Assembly (NCBI GenBank): GCA_963823665.1
Contig: CAWGMQ010000006.1
Span: 1,728,001-1,792,000, forward strand
Source: an uncultured Planctomycetota bacterium
GTDB lineage: Bacteria > Planctomycetota > Planctomycetia > Isosphaerales > Isosphaeraceae
DNA length: 64,000 nucleotides
Reading direction: 5' to 3'
In this document: positions 56,761-64,000 of the stretch, one piece after another
How positions within the stretch are numbered: the stretch's first letter is position 1
Layout of the letters: each line of letters begins with the position of its first letter
The notes under the pieces: model-generated
Database searches by the model: none
What the model was told of the DNA's origin: nothing
The model's input: the letters and a program-made list of their open reading frames with translations, nothing else
Translations under genes and position numbers: made by a program

Positions 56761-57255
56761 ATGATGACGATTCGAGACCAAGCCCGTCACTCACTGGAAT
56801 TGCTCAACGCCTCCCCGGTCTTCCTCCAAGCCTACGAAGGCCGGCGCCTGCCCGAGGACCTGGATATCTACTTCGGATGCCCCGAGGAGTTCTTTCTGGC
56901 ACCCGAGACGCTCCCGGCTTACACCGAGGGCCGCCTGATCCCGATCCTCGACGACGGCAATTTTGGCCTCATCACGTTCTACGACCCCACCAGCGGGTGC
57001 CTCGTTCAGAAAGCCATCGAGTCGCCGCATGAGGTGAGAGCCAGATTCGCCAACTGGCAACAGTACCTGGCCGACCTCATGATCCGGATCGCAGAATCGA
57101 TCGATGACGACGATCGCCTGCGCCGCATGGCTCATCTCATTGACTTCCGTCAATTCGATGAGTTGCTGGCCTTCTTCGATGCCTGCCGGGACCATCCGCC
57201 GGCCGAGGAATACGATCGACGCAAGGCCCGCTTTCTCGACGCCATCCCCGCTTGA
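56761..57255 (+). CDS. Hypothetical protein, possibly an immunity (SUKH-like) protein
   Basis: GAGGA RBS; LIPILDDGNFG..TFYD; F.NWQQYL. Confidence 0.6.
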   Translation: MMTIRDQARHSLELLNASPVFLQAYEGRRLPEDLDIYFGCPEEFFLAPETLPAYTEGRLIPILDDGNFGLITFYDPTSGCLVQKAIESPHEVRARFANWQQYLADLMIRIAESIDDDDRLRRMAHLIDFRQFDELLAFFDACRDHPPAEEYDRRKARFLDAIPA

Positions 57256-57430
57256 CGTCTCAATCTCGAACCGAGATTGATCCACGGACGTGTTGCGTCC
57301 GGAGGGTTTCGTCAGTGGCCAAATGTATCGGATTTTCACTTATTGGATAGGTCAAACAGTCCTATCTCGATAGCCAGAACGATCGCCACCATCGCAACGG
57401 CGATCATCAGGGACCGCAGCGAAGTGGCCT

Positions 57431-57690
57431 TCAGCGAATACTCCCCAGCTTCTGTTCTCTTGTTATCTCGTACCACAATTCCACCACTGCGTTTTTGTAA
57501 GCTGTCACGTTTTTCAGGTGTAATGCTTGTTCTTGTGTGACACCGTCAAGAAACTGTAGTCCGTCACCCAGAATAATGGGCTTGATCGAAAGTCTTATGT
57601 CGTCCGCCAGTTTCAATCGAATGAAGTCTCTGGCAAGCATCGCACCTCCGACTAGCCATATATTCTTGAAGTTTGGTCTCAGTCGAAGCT
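57431..57690 (-). pseudogene. C-terminal fragment of a DHFR/RibD-C family reductase
   Basis: KNIWLVGGA.LA..F....L.DDI.L...PIILG.G...VELWY; no N-terminal half; locally AT-richer. Confidence 0.75.
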
Positions 57691-57867
57691 CAGCGTAACG
57701 GCCCTCCCACCGAGCACCACTGATGATCGTGCGCGGCCACGCTCGTTGCAAGAATGCCGCCGGCGACCCGTACGTCAGCAGTCGCCACGGCAGGCGGAAT
57801 TTAGAATGGAAAAGTGCCGAGTTGGTGTGTGGCCGGTCGCGGCGATTCTGACAGAGCGAGGAGCGAC

Positions 57868-58740
57868 ATGAGAAAACTGCGTCTGATCGCGACGTTCTTG
57901 ATCGTTGTGCCGTCAGCGGCCGTGACAGCCCAGCGAGCGGGCGAGCCGCGGGACGCCGAAAAGACGTATGCACCAATGCCGTGGCATCTGGTGGATACGT
58001 GGTGGGACATCGGAAAGAACGTCCCTTTCGAGAGCCTGGCGGTCGATGTGACGATCAGCGACGACGTGCCGTCTTCGGTGAATCTCTACATCGCTCCCAT
58101 CGGGCTTGGTCACCTCAGCAAGACCCCCTTTTACGGCGGGATTCAAACCCATGCGGATGGTTACACCAAGCGGGATCAGAACCTCCGTCAGATTGGACCT
58201 GGGTTTTTGTTCTCGATGTGGGGGGAGCGAAGCGAGAGCGCGATTCGTCCCGCGGACGGAGGGTTCTTTCAGAGCTCGGGGCACGAGGGGGATTTTGTGA
58301 GCGTGCGCCGGGCGTTCGGCTGGAAGAAGGGGAAGTACACGTACCGGCTCAGCCGGATGGAACAGCAAACGATCGACGGCAAGCCTTATACCTGGGTCGG
58401 GGCGTTCGTGTATTCTCACGAGAACGACGAGAACCTTTTTGTCGGGGCGCTCCGTTTCAGGGGCGAGAACTTGATCCTGGACCGTAACGTGGCGAATTTC
58501 ATCGAGGTGTACGGGAGGCGAAAACCGGTGGAAGACATCCCGAAAGTGATCGTCACATTCAGCCCGCCTATTGTGAACGGGATAATCGCCACGAATCTTA
58601 CTGCGAAGGCGATCTATCCAAAGGGCGTGCCAGACTACGCCGAAGCCGCGGTGGAGGGTGGTTCACTGGTCATCAAGGTGGGTCATCTGGTGAGCGACAG
58701 GGAGAAAAGAGAGTCGATCCTGATCGGATCGAAGAAGTAG
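57868..58740 (+). CDS. Secreted hypothetical protein
   Basis: GAGGAG RBS; signal peptide; FYGGIQT, FSMWG, FIEVYG. Confidence 0.75.
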   Translation: MRKLRLIATFLIVVPSAAVTAQRAGEPRDAEKTYAPMPWHLVDTWWDIGKNVPFESLAVDVTISDDVPSSVNLYIAPIGLGHLSKTPFYGGIQTHADGYTKRDQNLRQIGPGFLFSMWGERSESAIRPADGGFFQSSGHEGDFVSVRRAFGWKKGKYTYRLSRMEQQTIDGKPYTWVGAFVYSHENDENLFVGALRFRGENLILDRNVANFIEVYGRRKPVEDIPKVIVTFSPPIVNGIIATNLTAKAIYPKGVPDYAEAAVEGGSLVIKVGHLVSDREKRESILIGSKK

Positions 58741-58910
58741 GCGATCAGCCCGTGAGGACTCAGAAACGTGCGAAGCCGATTCGCGCCGGATGATGCCAGT
58801 GGTGGTTGCCGAGCGGCTCGGATCGGGTTGCTGGGTCGGCAGGCGAATAACATGCCGCCCTGGTCAGGCGACCTCAATTTCATTCCTTTCCTCGAACAAC
58901 GCGATGAGGA

Positions 58911-59264
58911 TTGCGAGCAATGAGAAGTCTCATCCGGGGCCTGGCATGTGGGTTGGTGATTTTGAGCGGCGCGACGACCGCGGCTGCGGCGGATGGTGCG
59001 GGACAGGAGGGCAATTCGTCGCCCTTGGTCTGGATCATCATGTTCCTTCCCGCGTGCGTCATCGTCGTTTTCTTGTACTTCGTCATTCGCAAAAACCGAG
59101 CGATCTCTGAGGCCAGCATCAAGCGGTTCGACGAACATAGGGCATTCACCGTAGCACACATGCAGCGTCTGGAGTCGCAGATCGAGAATGTGGACAAGAG
59201 GCTGATCCGGATGATCGAACTGCTGGAAAGGATCGTGCAAGCGCAAAGGCGGGAGCAGAGTTAA
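58911..59264 (+). CDS. Small membrane protein with C-terminal coiled coil
   Basis: Signal-like N-terminus, one TM helix, heptad tail. Confidence 0.6.
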   Translation: MRAMRSLIRGLACGLVILSGATTAAAADGAGQEGNSSPLVWIIMFLPACVIVVFLYFVIRKNRAISEASIKRFDEHRAFTVAHMQRLESQIENVDKRLIRMIELLERIVQAQRREQS

Positions 59265-59497
59265 AGTTCTCGGTGCGTGACGTCGTCGAGCGAAAGACGT
59301 TTCCAATTGCCCGCATTCGCCTAGCCGCTCGCCGGATCGATTGGTCACGGCTGCTTGGTGATGTTCGTGCCGGTCACCTGGTTTCGGCAGCAGCCGTCCC
59401 GATGGCGTCCCTGTGAGGTGCCATAGCATCCGTCCCAGGAAGGGGCGTAAAATGGTAGATGGCAACTCCGTCAAGGCCTGCTGAGGAGCGAGATCGT

Positions 59498-60241
59498 ATG
59501 ACGACTCACGTCGCAAGGGCTTCCCGATGGGCCTTGCTCATGTTCCTGGCGATATGGGAACCGGCCACCGCGGACGGGCCCGACCCTACGTCCGCCTATG
59601 AGAAACGCTCGGTCCAGGATTTCACTGTGCTGGTCAACCGCCGGGTGCTCGATCACAAGAAGGATGGCGCCGAGTCGCTCAAGGAGGTGAGCGCGCAGCT
59701 CGAAAGGATCGCCCGCGTCGTTTCGCCCAAGCGGCTGGCCAAGCTGCGAAAGGTCCGCATCTGGGTGGAGTGGGCGGACGATCCCAAAGACTTGACGGTG
59801 TTCCACCCCTCGGCGAAATGGCTCCGTGAGAACGGCTACAACCCGGAGAAGGCCGGCGGCATCGAGGTCCCCAGCGCGTCCAAATTCATCGAGTGCTCGC
59901 GCGACGACCAGCCCTGGTGTCTGATGCACGAAATGGCCCACGCCTACCAGTTCAACGTTCTCGGCGAGGACCACCCCGCCGCCCAGAAGGCGTACCAGAA
60001 GGCGATGGACCGCGGGCTGTATCAGTCGGTTGCCCACGTCCATGGGGGGAAGCGGAAGGCCTACGCGGCGACGAACTACAAGGAGTATTTCGCCGAGCTG
60101 ACCGAGGCGTACTTCGGCAAGAACGACTTCTTCCCCTTCAACCGCGCGGACCTGAAGAAGTACGACCCGACCGGGTATGAGTTGATGCAGGATGTCTGGG
60201 GGCAGCCGAGCGAGGGTGCGGCCCCGTCCCGGAAGCGATGA
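59498..60241 (+). CDS. Secreted zinc metallopeptidase (ATLF/MtfA-like)
   Basis: HEMAH; YAATN.KEYFAE; FFPFNR..L..YDP; GAGGAG RBS. Confidence 0.85.
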   Translation: MTTHVARASRWALLMFLAIWEPATADGPDPTSAYEKRSVQDFTVLVNRRVLDHKKDGAESLKEVSAQLERIARVVSPKRLAKLRKVRIWVEWADDPKDLTVFHPSAKWLRENGYNPEKAGGIEVPSASKFIECSRDDQPWCLMHEMAHAYQFNVLGEDHPAAQKAYQKAMDRGLYQSVAHVHGGKRKAYAATNYKEYFAELTEAYFGKNDFFPFNRADLKKYDPTGYELMQDVWGQPSEGAAPSRKR

Positions 60242-60289
60242 GCGGGCCGAACCGAGAATGAGGGTTCGGCGCAGCCGATTCGTTCGTTG

Positions 60290-60500
60290 CTGGAATCGGT
60301 CCAAGCCCTTCGACGTCGGCGGTGGCCAGGCCCGCCGCGGTGATCGTTGCCACGGTGGTGGTGGCCGAGGCTCACGTCACCTGGCTCGTGAGCATCTGGG
60401 TCGAGTGGTCCGAATAGGTGCCGGTCGCTCTGAACTGTTCGCTCAGCCCCTTGGCGATGCTCGGGTTGGCGGGCGTGACCGCGATCGAGACCAGCGCCAC
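60290..60500 (-). pseudogene. Decayed bacterial Ig-like (Big_2) domain
   Basis: LVSIAVTPANPSIAKG.SEQF.ATGTYSD.ST..LTSQVT*AS...VATI...GLAT, with TGA at 60372-60374 in place of the conserved Trp. Confidence 0.7.
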
Positions 60501-60637
60501 CGAGAACTGATACGTCTCCCGGCGCCGCCCCGGACTGGTCCGAAGGTCTCCACCGTTGGCCGCGGGTCTCGCGCCATCGTTGAAGGTGACCCGGGCCCCG
60601 TTGCTGGGCGAGCCGCCCGTGCTGGCGTTCCCGTCAC

Positions 60638-63600
60638 CTACGTCACCGTCGCCACTTGCACCGGGTTACCGCTGCTTTCGTCGTCGGTGGTCACCACCAC
60701 CGTCAGGCTACCGGCGTTTGTTGGCTTGGTCGAGAACGTCACGGTCAGCGAGGTCGCGGTCGCCGCGGTGATTGTGCCGACGGCGCCGTCGTTGAACGCG
60801 ACCGTGTTATTGGCGGCGGACGGATCGAAGCCGAAGCCGCTGATCGTGATCTGGGTCGCGCTCGCGGCCAGGTTGGCGGTGCTGGAGGTCACGACCGGAG
60901 TCACCGTCGCCACTTGCGCCGGGTTACCGCTGTTTTCGGCGACGCCGGCGTTGTCGGTGGTCACCACCGCCGTCAAGCTGCCAGCGGTCTTGGGCTTGGT
61001 CGAGAACGTCACGGTGAGCGAGGTCGGGCTCGCCGTCGTGACCGTGCCGGCGGCACCGTCGTTAAAGGCCACTGTGTTATCGGCGGCCGTGGGATCGAAG
61101 CCGAAGCCGTTGATCGTGATCTGGGACGCGTTGGCCGACAGGTTGGCGGTGCTGGCTGTCACCACCGGCGAGACCGTGCCCACGTGCACCGGGGCGCCGC
61201 TGCTCTCGTTGTCGATGGTCACTATCGCAGTCAGGCTGCCCTCCGTGGTGGGATCGGTCGAGAACTTCACGGTCATCGTGGTGGAGTTCGCCGAGGCGAC
61301 CGTGCCGACGGCGCCGTCGTTGAAGACGACGGTGTCATGGGCGGCGGTCGGATCGAAGCCGAAGCCCTTGAAAGTGAACGTGGTCGCGTTGGCGGCCACA
61401 CCGTAATTGCTGGCGGTCACCACCGGCGTCACGGTCGCGACTTGCACGGCGGCGCCGCTGCTGACGCCGTCCGAGTGGACGATGGCAGTCAGACTGCCGG
61501 CGGTGGTAGGCGTTGTCGAGAACGTCACGGTCAGCGCGGTCGAGGTTGCCGCCGTCACGGAACCGACCGCGCCGTCATTGAAGGTCACCGTGTCATAGGC
61601 GGCAGTCGGATCGAAACCGGAGCCTTGGATCGTGATCTGGCCTGCGCTGGCGGCCAGGTTGGCCGTGCTGGACGACAGCACCACCGTGACCGGAGATATC
61701 ACCGTCGCGACTTGCACGGCGGCGCCGCTGCTTTGGTTGTCGGTGGTCACCACCGCGGTCAAGCTGCCTGTGGCGGTGGGCTTGGTCGAGAACGTCACTG
61801 TGAACGAGGTCGGAGTGGCCGTCGCGACCGTGCCGACGGCGCCATCGTTGAACGCGACCGTGTTATTGGCGGCGGTCGGATCGAAGCCGAAGCCGTTAAT
61901 GGTGATCTGGGGCGCATTGGCAGCCAGGTTAGCCGTGCTGGCGGTCACCACCGGCGTCACCGTCGCCACTTGCACCGCAGTCCCGCTGCTGATCTTGTCG
62001 GTGGCCACGACCGCGGTCAGGCTGCCGGCGGTGGCCGGCCGGCTCGACAAGTTCACGGTCAGCGCGGTCGCGGTCGCCGTTATAACCGTGCCGGCGGCAC
62101 CGTCGTTAAAGGCGACCGTGTTATCGGCGGCCGTTGCGTCGAAGTCCAAGCCGTGGATCGTGATCTGGGTCGCGCTCGCGGCCAGGTCGGCCGTGCTGAG
62201 TGTCACCACCGGCGTCACGGTCGCCACTTGCACCGGGGCCCCGCTGGTGACATTGTCGGTGGTCACCACGGCGGTCAGAGTGCCGACGATGGTCGGCCGG
62301 CCGGTGAAGTTCACGGTCAGCGAAGTCGGGGTGGCCCCCGTGACCGTGCCGTGCGCGCTGAGATTGAAGGTCACCAAGTTATTGGCGGCCGTCGAATCGA
62401 AGCCGAAGCCGTGGATCGTGATCTGAGTCGGGTTGGCGCTGATGGCGGCGGTACTGGCGGTCATTACTGGCGCCACGGTCGCCACTTGCACGGCGGAGCC
62501 GCTGCTGACGCCGTCCGAGTGGACGATGGCAGTCAGGCTGCCGGCGGTGGTGGGCCTGGTCGAGAACGTCAGGGTCAGCGCGGTCGAGGTTGCCGCCGTC
62601 ACCGAACCGACCGCGCCGTCATTGAAGGTCACCGTGTCATAGGCGGCCGCCGGATCGAAACCGGAGCCGTCGATCGTGATCTGGCCTGCGCTGGCGGCCA
62701 GGTTGGCCGTGCTCGACGACACCACCACCGTCACCGCAGATGTCACCGCCGCGACTTGCACGGCGGCGCCGCTGCTTTGGTTGTCGGTGGTCACCACCGC
62801 GGTCAGGCTGCCGGCGGTGGTGGGCTTGGTCGAGAAGTTCACGCTAAGCGAGGTCGGAGTGGCCGACGTGACCGTGCCAACGGCGCCATCATTGAACGCG
62901 ACCGTGTTATTAGCGGCGGTTGGATCGAAGCCGAAGCCGTTGATGGTGATCTGGGGCGCATTGGCGGCCAGGTGGCCCGTGCTGGCGGTTACCACCGGCG
63001 TCACCGTCGCCACTTGAACCGCAGTCCCGCTGCTGATCTTGTCGGTGGTCACGACCGCGGTGAGGCTGCCGGAGGTGGTGGGCTCGGTCGTGAGCGTCAC
63101 GGTGAACGAAGTGGGGCTGGACTTCGTGACCGTGCCGGCGGCGCCGTTGTTGAACGTGACTGTGTCATTCGCGGCCGTCGCATCGAAGCCCAGGCCATTG
63201 ATCGTGATCTGGGTCGCGCTCGCGGCTAGCTGGGCCGTGCTGGCAGTCACGACGGGCGTCACCGTCGCCACTTGAACCGCGGCGCCGCTGCTTTGGTTGT
63301 CGGTGGTCACCACCGCGGTCAAGCTGCCGGCGGTGGTGGGCCTGGTCGAGAACGTCACGGTCAGCGCGGTTGGGCTCGCCGTCATGACCGTGCCGACCGC
63401 GCCGTCGTTGAACGTGATCGTGTTATTGGCGGCGGTCGGATCGAAGCCCAGGCCCTTGATCGTGACCTGGGTCGCGCTCGCGGCCAGGTCGGCGGTGCTG
63501 GCGGTCACGACCGGCGTCACCGTCGCCACTTGCACCGCGGCGCCGCTGCTTTGCTTGTCGGTGGTCACGATGGCGGTCAGGCTGCCGGCGGTGGTGGGCC

Positions 63601-64000
63601 TGGTCGTGAACGTCACGGTGAGCGCGGCTGGGCTCGCAGTCATGACCGTGCCGGCGGCGCCGTCGTTGAACGTGACCGTGTTATTAGCGGCGGTCGGGTC
63701 GAAGCCCAGGCCGTTGATCGTGATCTGGGTCGCGCTCGCGGGTAGCTGGGCTGTGCTGGCGGTCACCACGGGCGTCACCGTCGCCACTTGCACCGCGGCG
63801 CCGCTGCTTTGCTTGTCGGTGGTCACGATGGCGGTCAGGCTGCCGGCGGTGGTGGGCCTGGTCGAGAACGTCACAGTCAGCGCGGTTGGGCTCGCCGTCA
63901 TGACCGTGCCGACCGCGCCGTCGTTGAACGTGATCGTGTTATTGGCGGCGGTCGGATCGAAGCCCAGGCCGTTGATCGTGATCTGCGACGCGCTCGCGGC
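60638..64000 (-). CDS. Large IPT/TIG-like Ig tandem-repeat surface protein (5' end outside the window)
   Basis: About 13 repeats of about 86 aa: PVVT.ST..L...A.QITI.G.GFD.TAA.NTV.FNDGA.GTV..A..T.LTVTF... Confidence 0.88.
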   Translation of the reverse strand, partial: AASASQITINGLGFDPTAANNTITFNDGAVGTVMTASPTALTVTFSTRPTTAGSLTAIVTTDKQSSGAAVQVATVTPVVTASTAQLPASATQITINGLGFDPTAANNTVTFNDGAAGTVMTASPAALTVTFTTRPTTAGSLTAIVTTDKQSSGAAVQVATVTPVVTASTADLAASATQVTIKGLGFDPTAANNTITFNDGAVGTVMTASPTALTVTFSTRPTTAGSLTAVVTTDNQSSGAAVQVATVTPVVTASTAQLAASATQITINGLGFDATAANDTVTFNNGAAGTVTKSSPTSFTVTLTTEPTTSGSLTAVVTTDKISSGTAVQVATVTPVVTASTGHLAANAPQITINGFGFDPTAANNTVAFNDGAVGTVTSATPTSLSVNFSTKPTTAGSLTAVVTTDNQSSGAAVQVAAVTSAVTVVVSSSTANLAASAGQITIDGSGFDPAAAYDTVTFNDGAVGSVTAATSTALTLTFSTRPTTAGSLTAIVHSDGVSSGSAVQVATVAPVMTASTAAISANPTQITIHGFGFDSTAANNLVTFNLSAHGTVTGATPTSLTVNFTGRPTIVGTLTAVVTTDNVTSGAPVQVATVTPVVTLSTADLAASATQITIHGLDFDATAADNTVAFNDGAAGTVITATATALTVNLSSRPATAGSLTAVVATDKISSGTAVQVATVTPVVTASTANLAANAPQITINGFGFDPTAANNTVAFNDGAVGTVATATPTSFTVTFSTKPTATGSLTAVVTTDNQSSGAAVQVATVISPVTVVLSSSTANLAASAGQITIQGSGFDPTAAYDTVTFNDGAVGSVTAATSTALTVTFSTTPTTAGSLTAIVHSDGVSSGAAVQVATVTPVVTASNYGVAANATTFTFKGFGFDPTAAHDTVVFNDGAVGTVASANSTTMTVKFSTDPTTEGSLTAIVTIDNESSGAPVHVGTVSPVVTASTANLSANASQITINGFGFDPTAADNTVAFNDGAAGTVTTASPTSLTVTFSTKPKTAGSLTAVVTTDNAGVAENSGNPAQVATVTPVVTSSTANLAASATQITISGFGFDPSAANNTVAFNDGAVGTITAATATSLTVTFSTKPTNAGSLTVVVTTDDESSGNPVQVATVT

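Noticed and set aside
60372..60374. TGA in the Big_2 remnant as selenocysteine or recoded Trp
   Set aside because: It aligns to a structural Trp, the flanks are decayed, and TGA is a normal stop elsewhere in the window.
60192..63745. Long plus-strand ORFs (857 aa, 404 aa and others)
   Set aside because: Antisense shadows of the IPT-repeat gene.
60638..64000. Regular DNA repeats as a possible CRISPR array
   Set aside because: Period is about 258 nt, in frame and coding; no unique spacers and no cas genes.

Overview
GC-rich bacterial window, very likely a Planctomycete (Isosphaeraceae/Singulisphaera-like). This is based on LEPR/LESR-xLL surface proteins, DUF1559, the DUF1549/DUF1553 + DUF1501 pair, an ECF sigma/Ser-Thr kinase pair and Uma2. 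About twenty otherwise ordinary genes are split by 1-nt frameshifts, which suggests an unpolished long-read assembly, so many coordinates below join several ORFs. Left to right: two paralogous giant Thr/Gly/Ser-rich surface proteins flanking an ECF sigma + WD40 kinase cassette; a collagen/coiled-coil/hydrophobic-hairpin/Ig protein; Uma2, desaturase, PhnB and an MBL hydrolase; DUF1559; two tandem secreted proteins with C-terminal HINT domains and a conserved upstream motif; an operon ending in a candidate selenoprotein (in-frame UGA, U-G-T-F-C, hairpin directly 3'); a DUF5678-like/aspartyl-protease pair; DUF1501/DUF1553; FHA-GGDEF; a housekeeping block (thrC, dapB, UDP-glucuronate decarboxylase); an S53 peptidase; a PEP-CTERM protein; an accessory zone of small genes and gene remnants; and a partial IPT/TIG-repeat protein. 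No rRNA, tRNA, CRISPR array or transposase was recognised. Family assignments come from motif recognition by eye, not from database searches.
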